This document shows positions 38,164 to 48,259 of a stretch of 64,000 nt of DNA, piece by piece. Source of the stretch: a bacterium (lineage in GTDB: Bacteria > SAR324 > NAC60-12). The stretch lies in assembly GCA_965233585.1 (NCBI GenBank), contig CBDDTI010000746.1, forward strand, positions 704,001 through 768,000. Direction: 5' to 3'. The position numbers were made by a program, and so were the translations under genes. The stretch's first letter is position 1. Each line of letters starts with the position of its first letter. The notes below the pieces were generated by a model. The model saw only the letters and a list, made by a program, of their open reading frames with translations. It was not told the DNA's origin and searched no databases.

Positions 38164-39663
38164 TTGAATATGAAGAATCAATTAAAAAAAGAACATTTAG
38201 CAAGTTTGACTGATAAGTATGTCAAACGTCAAATTGGTCGGAGAGAGTTTTTGCGGGGTTCTGCAAAGCTGGGTTTGGGTGTTGCCGCTGTCAGTATGGT
38301 GAGACCTTTTGGGATACTTTCTGATGCGTACGCAGATGGTCATCAATTCAAACCTGATTCTGATGTGCTTTCGTGGGTGAAAGATGTCTCAAAGCCATTT
38401 CGTGGCAAGACAATTAAATTGGCAACAGAAGCGACCCCTCCTTCTATTGCCATCAATTCTCACCTGAAGAAACATTTTGAAAAGGCATCGGGGATTCGTG
38501 TGGAAATTGAGGTCTTGCCTTTGGAACAAGTGCTACAAAAAATGACCCTAGACATTGCCTCTCAACTTGGAACGTATGACCTGTATTACATTGACCAAAG
38601 TTGGGCGGCTTCTGTGAGTGAAGATGTCTTTGACCCACGTGAACATGCTGAAGACAAGCCCAGTTTGTCTATGCCTAACTATAACATTGATGACTTCCTG
38701 CCTGCTTTGGTTGATGGGATTGCCAAGTACAAAGACCGTTGGGTGGGTGTGCCGTATGACATTCCTATTTTCATCATGCAGTATCGCAAAGATATTTATG
38801 ACAAGATGGGATTTTCTGCACCTGAAACATTAGAAGAGTACTATGCTCAAGCTCTTGCCATTACTAATGAGTATGGTCCAAAACTCTATGGCGCCACAGG
38901 TCAAATGAAGTCTGGGCATTATAGTTTGGAATGTGATTGGACAGCATGGCTTTGGGGACATGGAGGGTCTATTTTTGACCGTAACGGACGTTTTTCAGGG
39001 AATGATGAAGAAGGTGTCGCCGCAATGGAATACTGGTCAAGGCTTTGGAAAACCATGCCTCCGGGTGTCACAGGCTGGACGTGGGACGGACAAGGGCAAT
39101 CCGTAGCTCAAGGAGTTGCTGCCAGTATGATGAGTTGGGGTGAGTTTTTCCCTGTGTTTGATGACCCTAAATCAAGCAAGGTTTCAGGAAAAATGGCAGC
39201 AGCACGTTGTCCTAGACCCAAAAAAGCCCTGCGGACTGTGAGGCAAACAGGTTATGGCGAAATTCCAGGAGTTGGACATCAAGGAGGCTCGTCTTTGGCA
39301 GTTTCTAAAAACTCTAAAAATCCTGATGCCGCATGGGTGTTCATGCAATGGGCAACTTGTCAAGACACTCAAGAGCTGATTACAGTACTTGGTGGTGGAA
39401 CAGGACCAACACGACACTCTGTCTATGATGCCCCACGTGTCAAAGCCAATCGCCGTGTTGGTGCAGGGACAACGCGACACTTAGACGTGGTGCGGGAAAC
39501 CATTGCTAAAGACATGGGGTCAGAACCTGATTTGCCAGAATGGGCAGAGCTTTCTAATGACACAATTCCTGTGCGTTTAGGAAAATACTTTGCTGGCGAT
39601 TATAGCTCGTCCAAAGAAGCCATGAACGATATTGCTCAAGCTGTGGATAAAATCGTAGGCTAG
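38164..39663 (+). CDS. CUT1 sugar ABC transporter substrate-binding protein, Tat-exported (no adjacent permeases)
   Basis: GRREFL twin-arginine signal; YRKDIY, AWVFMQWA. Confidence 0.9.
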   Translation: MNMKNQLKKEHLASLTDKYVKRQIGRREFLRGSAKLGLGVAAVSMVRPFGILSDAYADGHQFKPDSDVLSWVKDVSKPFRGKTIKLATEATPPSIAINSHLKKHFEKASGIRVEIEVLPLEQVLQKMTLDIASQLGTYDLYYIDQSWAASVSEDVFDPREHAEDKPSLSMPNYNIDDFLPALVDGIAKYKDRWVGVPYDIPIFIMQYRKDIYDKMGFSAPETLEEYYAQALAITNEYGPKLYGATGQMKSGHYSLECDWTAWLWGHGGSIFDRNGRFSGNDEEGVAAMEYWSRLWKTMPPGVTGWTWDGQGQSVAQGVAASMMSWGEFFPVFDDPKSSKVSGKMAAARCPRPKKALRTVRQTGYGEIPGVGHQGGSSLAVSKNSKNPDAAWVFMQWATCQDTQELITVLGGGTGPTRHSVYDAPRVKANRRVGAGTTRHLDVVRETIAKDMGSEPDLPEWAELSNDTIPVRLGKYFAGDYSSSKEAMNDIAQAVDKIVG

Positions 39664-39676
39664 ACGTTTCTCAATT

Positions 39677-39715
39677 TTTGCAGGGAAGCAACTTTTGTTT
39701 TTGTTTCTCTGCAAA
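39677..39715 (+). terminator. stem-loop after the binding-protein gene
   Basis: TTTGCAGGGAAGCAA...TTGTTTCTCTGCAAA imperfect inverted repeat. Confidence 0.6.
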
Positions 39716-39748
39716 TCAAGACACTCACAATGAAAAAGTTTTGAATTT

Positions 39749-42079
39749 ATGCTAAACGAGAGAAAAACAGAGCAAATTGTCCGAACACATTTTGAGCAAT
39801 ACCTAGAAATTTTAGAAATAGAAGAACAGCAATCAGATGATAAAAAAATTGATAAATTACTGAAATCCGCTTCAAAGCAAGGATTAGGAAAAGGCTATCC
39901 TGACTTTATTATTAGCTATCCAAATCAATCTGATTTTTTGATTGTCATTGAATGTAAGGCTGACTTGAACAAACATGAAAGCGAAAGCCATCTTCAATAT
40001 GCAGATTATGCGGTTGATGGAGTTTTACTTTATGCCTCTTATCTTTCAAAAGAATTTGATGTTTTAGCGATTGCTGTGAGTGGAGAAAGTCAAGAGACGT
40101 TAAAAGTTTCACATTTCTTACATCTGAAAACAGAAAAGGATGCTACCAATATCTTTGGAGAACAGCTTTTAACTGCAAATGACTATTTGAACGGGTACCT
40201 CAAAAGTCCAGAAAAATTTAGACAAGATTATGATGCACTTTTAGAATTTGCCAAAGAACTGAACATAAAACTCCATACCTATAAAATTAGAGAGAGTGAT
40301 AGAGCATTGTTGATTAGTGCCATTTTAATTGCCTTAGAAAGTGATGCTTTTAAAAAATCATATGCTTCACATTCTACGCCATCAAGTTTAGCTAGTATTT
40401 TGCTTGAAACTGTACTGCATGAATTGGCAGAAGCAGGAATGGATCATAAAAACTTGGAAAATTTGAAAATTCAATTCGGCTTTATTAAAACAGACACTTC
40501 TCTTTCCAAAGAAAGAAAAATATTAAAAGAATTAATTGATGAGATAGATCAAAACATCAATCAGTTCATTAAGACTCATGAATATTTTGATGTACTAGGA
40601 CAGCTGTACATAGAGTTTTTGCAATATGCTAATAGTGATAAAGGGCTAGGAATCGTTTTAACTCCTCCACATATCACAGAATTATTTGCAGATTTAGCCC
40701 AAGTCAACAAAAATTCCATAGTCTATGATAATTGCACGGGAACGGGGGGATTTTTAATATCAGCAATGAAAAAAATGATATTAGATGCGAAAGGTGATGA
40801 GGCAAAAATAAAACAAATCAAATCAAAACAATTATTAGGAACAGAATATCAAGCTCACATCTTTGCTTTGTCAGTTTCCAATATGTACATTCATCAAGAT
40901 GGGAAAACAAATATCACTAATGGAAGTTGTTTTGAAGCAGAAACAATAGATCATGCTAAAAAACAACAACCTACGATTGGTTTCTTAAACCCCCCTTACA
41001 AAGCAGATAAAAAAGCAGATGTTGATGAGTTAAACTTTATTTTCAATAACTTAGAATGTTTATGTGAAGGAGGAACTTGTATAGCTATTGTTCCTATGCA
41101 ATGTGCTTTAGCTCAAAAAGGAAAAATCTTTGAATTGAAAAAGAAACTTTTAGAGCAACATACTTTAGAAGCTGTGTTGTCTATGCCTGATGAATTATTT
41201 TTTAATTCAAAAGTCAATGTGGTTTCTTGCATCATGATTTTTACAGCACACAAGCCACATTCTCAACATAAAAAAACTTACTTTGGCTATTACAAAAATG
41301 ATGGTTTTGTCAAAAGAAAAACCAAAGGAAGAATTGACGTACTAGGAAACTGGCAAAGCATTCAAAAAAAATGGGTCAAGCACTTCATAAATCGTGAAAC
41401 AGAGGAAGGTTTGAGTGTCAATCAAATAGTTTCTAATCAAGACGAATGGTGTGCCGAAGCGTACATGCAAACTGATTATTCTCATTTAAATCCCCAAAAC
41501 TTTGAAGATACTATTTTAAAATACGTCACTTTTTTATTGGGGAATAGACTACTAGGTCAAGTGCATAAAAAACCACTCTTAGAAAACAAGATGCTATTAA
41601 ATCCAGAGGAATGGTTAATGTTTAAACTTGATACTCTTTTTGAAACAAAAGGAAGTCAAACTACATCGCTATTAGAACTAGAAGAATATGGAAAAGGAAA
41701 ATATCCTTACGTCACAACACAAGCCACTGATAATGGAACAGCAGGATTTTATGATTTTTTTTCAGAAGATGGAAATGTTTTAACAGTAGATAGCGCAGTT
41801 TTAGGATATTGTGCTTATCAAAAATTTGCATTTTCTGCAAGTGATCATGTGGAAAAACTCATACCCAAATTTGAGATGAATGAATATACTGCTATGTTTT
41901 TAGTCACTATTTTGAATTTGGAACAATATCGTTACAATTACGGCAGAAAATGCAGTCAAGCTAGAATGAAGAAGATGAGTATCAAGTTACCCGCAAAGGA
42001 CGGGAAAGCTGATTTTAGTTTTATGGAATCTTATGTCAAAACACTTCCATTTTCTTCATCTGTTCTCATAACAAACTGA
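39749..42079 (+). CDS. BcgI-like / Type IIG restriction-modification fusion (nuclease, N6-methyltransferase, C-terminal TRD)
   Basis: YPDFII...IECK nuclease motif; VLTPPHI, DNCTGTGGFL, LNPPY methyltransferase motifs; C-terminal HsdS-like domain (YPYVTT..NG, YNYGRK, IKLP). Confidence 0.85.
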   Translation: MLNERKTEQIVRTHFEQYLEILEIEEQQSDDKKIDKLLKSASKQGLGKGYPDFIISYPNQSDFLIVIECKADLNKHESESHLQYADYAVDGVLLYASYLSKEFDVLAIAVSGESQETLKVSHFLHLKTEKDATNIFGEQLLTANDYLNGYLKSPEKFRQDYDALLEFAKELNIKLHTYKIRESDRALLISAILIALESDAFKKSYASHSTPSSLASILLETVLHELAEAGMDHKNLENLKIQFGFIKTDTSLSKERKILKELIDEIDQNINQFIKTHEYFDVLGQLYIEFLQYANSDKGLGIVLTPPHITELFADLAQVNKNSIVYDNCTGTGGFLISAMKKMILDAKGDEAKIKQIKSKQLLGTEYQAHIFALSVSNMYIHQDGKTNITNGSCFEAETIDHAKKQQPTIGFLNPPYKADKKADVDELNFIFNNLECLCEGGTCIAIVPMQCALAQKGKIFELKKKLLEQHTLEAVLSMPDELFFNSKVNVVSCIMIFTAHKPHSQHKKTYFGYYKNDGFVKRKTKGRIDVLGNWQSIQKKWVKHFINRETEEGLSVNQIVSNQDEWCAEAYMQTDYSHLNPQNFEDTILKYVTFLLGNRLLGQVHKKPLLENKMLLNPEEWLMFKLDTLFETKGSQTTSLLELEEYGKGKYPYVTTQATDNGTAGFYDFFSEDGNVLTVDSAVLGYCAYQKFAFSASDHVEKLIPKFEMNEYTAMFLVTILNLEQYRYNYGRKCSQARMKKMSIKLPAKDGKADFSFMESYVKTLPFSSSVLITN

Positions 42080-42128
42080 ATCAATTCATTTTATTAAAGG
42101 CTCAATTTTAAATTATTTGTAGGAAAAA

Positions 42129-43208
42129 ATGACGACTCAAAAACTATTTGTTTTAATCATTTTGACATTGACTTCCTTGTCTTCATGGGTCAATGCAGAG
42201 GGATGGGAAAATCCTGCTGAAAAATATATAAATGCCTACAAAAAATATCTCAATGCAACTTGTCCAATTCCCAAAAATGACATCAAGCATTTTGTTTATT
42301 TTGCAAGGGATAGGGAATTGATAAAAAATCACCTTTTGCTTTCTCATTCAAGATTTAAAGGAGCGCAAATTATGTATCCTTGGAAGCATTTAGAACCCAA
42401 AAAAGATGAATACGATTTTTCAACTATAAAAGAAGATTTAGAATATCTGAAAAAGTACAATAAAAAACTTTTTGTCGTGCTACAAGATGCTACATTCAGT
42501 CCAAAATGGAACGTCACTCCTCATTATTTAAGAACAGAGGAATATGATGGAGGTGCGATTTTACAACGTGAGGACAACGGCAGAGCTTTTGGTTGGGTGG
42601 CTAAACGATGGAACAAAAAAGTACAAGACAGATTTGCCTTGCTTCTCATCAATTTAGGAAAAGAATTTGACGGAAAAATAGAAGGAATCAATCTTCAAGA
42701 AACAGCCATTGGAGTCAACCAAAAAAGAGACCCTACCTTTACCGAATTGGGTTATATTCAAGGGTTAAAAAACAACATGTTAGCACTTAGAAAAGCATTT
42801 CCAACATCAACCACAATGATTTATGCTAACTTTACCCCCGGTGAATGGCTTCCATGGGAAGACAAAGGGTATCTTAAAGGAATTTATCAATACGGACAAG
42901 AAATTGGAGTCGGGCTTGGTGGACCAGATTTGATGGTGACTAGAAAAGGACAGCTCAATCATACACTGGCACAAATGCACGAGGGACAATTTACAGTCCC
43001 TCTTGGAATCGCGGTTCAAGATGGGAACTATGTTGGTAAAACAGGGGCAGATGCAGATTATAGTAAAAGTCACAAGAAAGGAGCGATTCAAAGAAACAAT
43101 ATTGTTCCGATGTTGCATGCTTTCGCAAAAGATTTTTTAAAAGTGAACTATATGTTCTGGGTGGATCAAAAACCATACTTTGAAAAAGACGTTGTCCCTT
43201 GTTTTTAA
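42129..43208 (+). CDS. exported hypothetical protein, possibly a TIM-barrel glycoside hydrolase
   Basis: signal peptide; W..LEPKKDEYDF and GKEFDG.IEGINLQET patterns reminiscent of clan GH-A enzymes. Confidence 0.55.
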   Translation: MTTQKLFVLIILTLTSLSSWVNAEGWENPAEKYINAYKKYLNATCPIPKNDIKHFVYFARDRELIKNHLLLSHSRFKGAQIMYPWKHLEPKKDEYDFSTIKEDLEYLKKYNKKLFVVLQDATFSPKWNVTPHYLRTEEYDGGAILQREDNGRAFGWVAKRWNKKVQDRFALLLINLGKEFDGKIEGINLQETAIGVNQKRDPTFTELGYIQGLKNNMLALRKAFPTSTTMIYANFTPGEWLPWEDKGYLKGIYQYGQEIGVGLGGPDLMVTRKGQLNHTLAQMHEGQFTVPLGIAVQDGNYVGKTGADADYSKSHKKGAIQRNNIVPMLHAFAKDFLKVNYMFWVDQKPYFEKDVVPCF

Positions 43209-43287
43209 GATGAATCATTGGGGCATCAAATGACCCCCTTTCACTTATTCCAAATTTTATTTTCAATTCTTTTAATTTAGAGGAAAA

Positions 43288-44016
43288 ATGACTACTCAAA
43301 AACCTTTAATTGCCATCACAGGTGCAAGTTCTGGGATTGGAGAAGCCACTGCCAAAGCCTTTTCAAAAGCAGGGCATCCTGTCTTACTCATGGCGAGACG
43401 TTTGGAACGTTTGCAAGCATTCAATTTGCCTCATGCTGTGTGCCATCAAGTAGATGTCAGAGACAGGCAAGCGATTCAAGAGGCAGTCCAAGATGCTGAA
43501 AATCAATATGGACCAGTGGACATGATGTTTGCAAATGCGGGCATTGCAAGGCTTGCAGACATTGGCAGGCAACCACCTGAGGAATGGGACGAGATGATTG
43601 ACATCAACACAAAAGGTGTTATGAATACTGTCCATGCCGTGCTGAATGGAATGATGCAACGCAAGTGTGGAACATTAGTGATGATGAGTTCCATTGCAGG
43701 ACGTAAAGTTTACCCCGAACATACCGTTTACTGCGGCACAAAGTTTTTTGTCCATGCTGTCTCTGAATCATTGAGAGAATACCTTTCTGATTACAATGTG
43801 AGAGTCTTAGTTATTTCACCCGGTGTCATTGAAACAGAAATTCTATCTGGCGTCAAAGACGAACAAACTCTAGCCAATTACAAAGCCAATAAAGTGAAAA
43901 TGGGAGGAGGCATTGAGTCTGGCATCGTTGCAGACTTAATTCTTAATGCCTATCAACTGCCCCAAAAAGCACTTGTTCAAGAAATTTGCATGACTCCAAC
44001 TTCTCAAAAATTTTAA
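43288..44016 (+). CDS. SDR oxidoreductase
   Basis: TGASSGIG, ANAG, SSIAG, YCGTK. Confidence 0.92.
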   Translation: MTTQKPLIAITGASSGIGEATAKAFSKAGHPVLLMARRLERLQAFNLPHAVCHQVDVRDRQAIQEAVQDAENQYGPVDMMFANAGIARLADIGRQPPEEWDEMIDINTKGVMNTVHAVLNGMMQRKCGTLVMMSSIAGRKVYPEHTVYCGTKFFVHAVSESLREYLSDYNVRVLVISPGVIETEILSGVKDEQTLANYKANKVKMGGGIESGIVADLILNAYQLPQKALVQEICMTPTSQKF

Positions 44017-44025
44017 AATCAAACT

Positions 44026-45093
44026 ATGGCAACAGTTACTCTGAAGAAAGTCAAGAAAAACTATGGTCACGTTGAGGTCATGGACAACATCAATTTGTCT
44101 ATTGAAGACCAAGAATTTGTCGTGTTGTTGGGGTCATCAGGCTGTGGCAAGACCACGTTGCTTCGTATGATTGCAGGTTTGGAAACGATTACAGGGGGTG
44201 AGATTTTTATTGATGACCTGTGTATCAATCAAATCCACCCACGCGACAGAGATATTGCTATGGTCTTTCAAAACTACGCCTTGTATCCCACCATGAAGGT
44301 TTTTGACAACATCGGATTTAGTTTACAAGTTGCCAAACTCCCCAAGCAGGAAATTGAGGCAAAAGTCAAGGAAGTTGCTGAAATCTTACACATCTCAGAC
44401 TATTTAGAACGTTATCCCAAAGAACTTTCTGGTGGTCAAAGACAACGTGTTGCGATGGGACGTGCGATGGTTCGTGATGCAAAAGTATTTTTATTTGACG
44501 AACCCCTTTCTAACTTAGATGCCAAATTGCGTATGCGTATGCGTGTTGAGATTCGGCAACTCCATGAACGCCTGAAAGCAACGACCATTTACGTGACACA
44601 TGATCAAGTAGAAGCGATGACGATGGCAGATAAAATTGTGTTGATGCGTGGGGGTGAAATCATTCAAATTGGAACCCCTGATGACTTTTATGATAGCCCT
44701 AATTGTGTGTATGTAGCTGATTTTATTGGCACACCTCCTATGAATTTTGTGGAAGGAGTGATACAAAAATCCAATGAAAATTATATTTTTGCAGCCAAAG
44801 GAGTCAATATTCCTTTAGGAGTGGAAGTCCATGAAGATTTAACAAACCGACCTTTGATCTGTGGCATTCGTCCTTCTGACCTTAAAATCAGCGAACAAGG
44901 CAATATTCGTGGACAAGTGAAGTTGAAAGAAATGACAGGTTCAGAGATTCAAATTTATTTTGACATTGAGGGGCAAGACTTGATCGCCACTGCACCAAGA
45001 AAAACAGAACTCAACCAACAAGCAATCCATTTTGAAGTAGATCCCAAAAAATTACACTTTTTTGATAAACAAACAGAACAACGATTAAATTGA
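44026..45093 (+). CDS. MalK-type ABC ATP-binding protein (no adjacent permeases)
   Basis: [30 protein letters not shown]. Confidence 0.95.
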   Translation: MATVTLKKVKKNYGHVEVMDNINLSIEDQEFVVLLGSSGCGKTTLLRMIAGLETITGGEIFIDDLCINQIHPRDRDIAMVFQNYALYPTMKVFDNIGFSLQVAKLPKQEIEAKVKEVAEILHISDYLERYPKELSGGQRQRVAMGRAMVRDAKVFLFDEPLSNLDAKLRMRMRVEIRQLHERLKATTIYVTHDQVEAMTMADKIVLMRGGEIIQIGTPDDFYDSPNCVYVADFIGTPPMNFVEGVIQKSNENYIFAAKGVNIPLGVEVHEDLTNRPLICGIRPSDLKISEQGNIRGQVKLKEMTGSEIQIYFDIEGQDLIATAPRKTELNQQAIHFEVDPKKLHFFDKQTEQRLN

Positions 45094-45286
45094 ACTGAAC
45101 TGAATCGTTCAGTTTTTGACAAAAATCAAACTTTGTCTTAAAACATCTATGACATTAGCAGAATTTGAGAAGGCATTTTTAGAGTTGAAAAATAAGGGAT
45201 TTGTTCAAGCTAAAAAAAATCAATTTTTCTACAAAAGAATGTAAAATTTATCTTTAAAAGTATATTTTTTAGGTCAAATCACACTC

Positions 45287-46636
45287 TTGACGATTCATTT
45301 AATAAAACAAGCTATGACAACAAAAAACTGGACAGAATTGATTGACGACATTTATCAAGGCAAGTGGGTCAATCCTGTGACCCAAGAAGTCGCCCCACCT
45401 GCACCTTATGAGAAAATTGTGATTGAAGAAAGCCTTGCAGGTTTAGAGTTACAACTGGTTGCAGACTTAGGATTGCATGCTCCCTACTTGATTGTTGCAG
45501 ATTCACAAACGTGGCAGGCTATGGGGAAACGTCTCAGTGACGCACTCAAACAAGCAGGAGATGTGGAACATTTAATTTTAGAAAAACCTCATGCAGACTT
45601 AGCAACGGTGGAAAAACTCCGTCCATCATTCAAAAAATTTGCATCAATTATCGCAGTGGGTTCTGGAACAATCAATGACTTGTGCAAGCATGCAAGCATG
45701 CTCAATCAGCAGAGTTATTGTGTTTTTGCAACTGCTGGGTCTATGAACGGTTACACTTCAACAACAGCTTCCATGACCCTAGATTCAGGACTCAAGGTGT
45801 CTTTGCCCTCTCATGCTCCTTTGGGGTTTTTCGTGGATTTATCCGTCAGTGCCAATGCTCCAAGTTTTTTGTCAGCCGCCGGTTTTGGAGACTGCCTTTG
45901 TCGTTCTGTGGCTCAGGTAGATTGGTGGATGTCGCATCGCTTGCTTGATACAACCTATTACGAAGAACCTTTTTTGATGCAAATTGATGATGAAAAAATT
46001 CTGAATGCAAAAGCAAAATTGTTGCCCAACAATGACGTGGAAGCTGTCGCTTATCTGTACAGAGTTCTCACTTTATGCGGACTTGGTGTTTCTCTCACAG
46101 GCACTTCTCATCATGGCTCTATGGGAGAACATCAAATTTCTCATTACATTGATTGCTTTGCAAAAGACAAGCACCCGGGTTCTTTGCATGGACAACAAGT
46201 AGGAGTTGCCAGCTTGACGATGGCACGCATTCAACAACATTTCTTATCCAGTGAAAAACCTCCTGTTGTGAAGCCAACAAAGCTCAACTTTGATGACATG
46301 GCAAAAAGAATGGGCAATGACATTGCAAAACAATGCTATGCAGAATATCAGAAAAAAGCACTTGATGAGCAAAAGGCAGATGCTCTGAACAAGAAAATGC
46401 AAGACATTTGGAAGGATTTGCGTAAGGAATGCTTGGAGTTTTCTATCCCCATTGAAGAGATGGAGGATTTACTCCGTTCTACAAAAGGTCCTACCACAGC
46501 AAAAGAATTAAAATTGGACATTGATTTTTACCGTGAGGCAGTTCGTCATGCACACGAGATGAGGAACCGTTTTTCTTTTGCAGACCTTGCTTGTGACGCT
46601 GGGTTGCTTGACGACTTTGCCTCTGCTGAATCATAA
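45287..46636 (+). CDS. AraM/EgsA-like glycerol-1-phosphate dehydrogenase family (sugar-phosphate dehydrogenase)
   Basis: AVGSGTINDLCK, TAGSMNGYTS, GSMGEHQISH, LHGQQVG; likely start ATG near 45314. Confidence 0.88.
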   Translation: MTIHLIKQAMTTKNWTELIDDIYQGKWVNPVTQEVAPPAPYEKIVIEESLAGLELQLVADLGLHAPYLIVADSQTWQAMGKRLSDALKQAGDVEHLILEKPHADLATVEKLRPSFKKFASIIAVGSGTINDLCKHASMLNQQSYCVFATAGSMNGYTSTTASMTLDSGLKVSLPSHAPLGFFVDLSVSANAPSFLSAAGFGDCLCRSVAQVDWWMSHRLLDTTYYEEPFLMQIDDEKILNAKAKLLPNNDVEAVAYLYRVLTLCGLGVSLTGTSHHGSMGEHQISHYIDCFAKDKHPGSLHGQQVGVASLTMARIQQHFLSSEKPPVVKPTKLNFDDMAKRMGNDIAKQCYAEYQKKALDEQKADALNKKMQDIWKDLRKECLEFSIPIEEMEDLLRSTKGPTTAKELKLDIDFYREAVRHAHEMRNRFSFADLACDAGLLDDFASAES

Positions 46637-46639
46637 AGT

Positions 46640-47443
46640 TTGAGAAATATGCAATCTATTCAGAACATGCCAAATTCTGTTGTCAAAAACATTTGTTGTG
46701 TGATGACAGACATTGATGACACTTTAACAACTGATGGTCTTTTGCCAGCAGAAGCCTATCAAGGACTAGAAGATTTGCATCAAGCTGGTTTTTGGGTTGT
46801 CCCCATCACAGGACGCCCTGCGGGGTGGTGCGATATGGTTGCCAGATTCTGGCCCGTGTGTGGTGTTGTTGGTGAAAACGGGGCATTTTATTTTGCATAC
46901 GACCACCATCAACGCAAAATGCTCAGACGTTATCATCATTCTGACAAAGAAAGACAAGCCAACGCTCAAAAATTAAAAGAGATTGAAAACCAAATTTTAG
47001 CACAAGTCAAGGGTTGTGCGGTTTCTGCTGACCAAGCCTATCGTGAGTCAGATTTAGCGATTGATTTTTGCGAAGATGTTCCCCCGCTTAATAAACAAGA
47101 TGTACAAAGAATTAAACAGATTTTTGAAGAAAATGGAGCAGTTGCTAAGGTTTCATCAATCCACGTCAACGGCTGGTTTGGAGATTATGACAAGCTAACT
47201 ATGAGCCATCAATTCGCTAAGGAACGTCTGAATCTGGACTTGCATCAATTTAAAGAAAAAATTGTATTTTGCGGAGATAGTCCAAATGATGCACCCATGT
47301 TTGAATTTTTTCCAAATTCTTGTGGAGTTGCCAATGTGCTGGATTTTCAAGACCAAATTCAAACTATGCCAACTTGGGTCACGAAGCAAAAGGGAGGACA
47401 AGGATTTTTTGAGATGACACGGGTTCTCATTGGCAGAAAATAA
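46640..47443 (+). CDS. HAD-IIB family hydrolase (sugar phosphatase)
   Basis: TDIDDTLT, ITGRP, GDSPND. Confidence 0.92.
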   Translation: MRNMQSIQNMPNSVVKNICCVMTDIDDTLTTDGLLPAEAYQGLEDLHQAGFWVVPITGRPAGWCDMVARFWPVCGVVGENGAFYFAYDHHQRKMLRRYHHSDKERQANAQKLKEIENQILAQVKGCAVSADQAYRESDLAIDFCEDVPPLNKQDVQRIKQIFEENGAVAKVSSIHVNGWFGDYDKLTMSHQFAKERLNLDLHQFKEKIVFCGDSPNDAPMFEFFPNSCGVANVLDFQDQIQTMPTWVTKQKGGQGFFEMTRVLIGRK

Positions 47444-47555
47444 TGTCTTGAGTCAGTCATCATCTTGAGCAAATAGTCATTCAAAGAACGAACGACGTAG
47501 AAAGCTCAATAAATTATGTGATGATGATTGATTTGTTTAATGATTTACTGAATCA

Positions 47556-47772
47556 ATGGAAATCTTGAATATTGCAAATATAAGTGAAATACCTATTGAA
47601 TGGAACAAAGAAAAAAATGAGATATTAAAGAAAAAAAGAGGTATAACTTTTGAAAAAATTAAAAGAATTATTAAAAATAAAGAATATATTGCTATTGTTA
47701 ATAATGAAAGATATAAAAATCAAAACAATTTATGCAAGTAGGAAATTAAATAAAATTTATAACTTAAAATAG
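47556..47772 (+). pseudogene. BrnT-like (DUF497-type) toxin with internal deletion and frameshift
   Basis: IEWNKEKNEILKKKRGITFEKI N-terminal motif; C-terminal KTIYASRKLNKIY present in another frame. Confidence 0.7.
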
Positions 47773-47778
47773 GTCATT

Positions 47779-48096
47779 ATGAGTATAGAACAACATGAAA
47801 AATATTTGAGGGGTGAAATTGATGAATACCCGTATATTGATGAGGAAGAAAGAGAATTGATTGAGGGTATTGAAAATGATATTGAAAATGGAAACTATAC
47901 CATTATGCCTAAAGAAGAAATGGAATTACTTATGGATAAAGTAAGAAAAGGTATATTAGAAGAAGAAAGGCAATATAAGATGAAAGTCAAGGATTTTGAG
48001 GTTTTAAAAGAAGATTTAGAACACAAGGGAGCAAATGAAGAGGTTATAAAGGCTTTGGAAGATTTTATGAGTGATAAAATGGTAGTAAATGCTTAA
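47779..48096 (+). CDS. AT-rich acidic small protein, possible antitoxin
   Basis: IDEEERELIEGIE pattern; directly follows the BrnT-like remnant. Confidence 0.5.
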   Translation: MSIEQHEKYLRGEIDEYPYIDEEERELIEGIENDIENGNYTIMPKEEMELLMDKVRKGILEEERQYKMKVKDFEVLKEDLEHKGANEEVIKALEDFMSDKMVVNA

Positions 48097-48259
48097 ATAC
48101 AACAAGCCAAGCAAATCCAAATAAAAAACGTGCTTTCAAAATTAGGCTATGCACCAGCAAGAGAAAGGGGAAGCATGCTTTTTTAGTTTTCATTGTTCCA
48201 TGATGAAAAAACGCCATCGTTTAAACAAAATACAGAGATAAACCACTTAAAGAAAAGTT

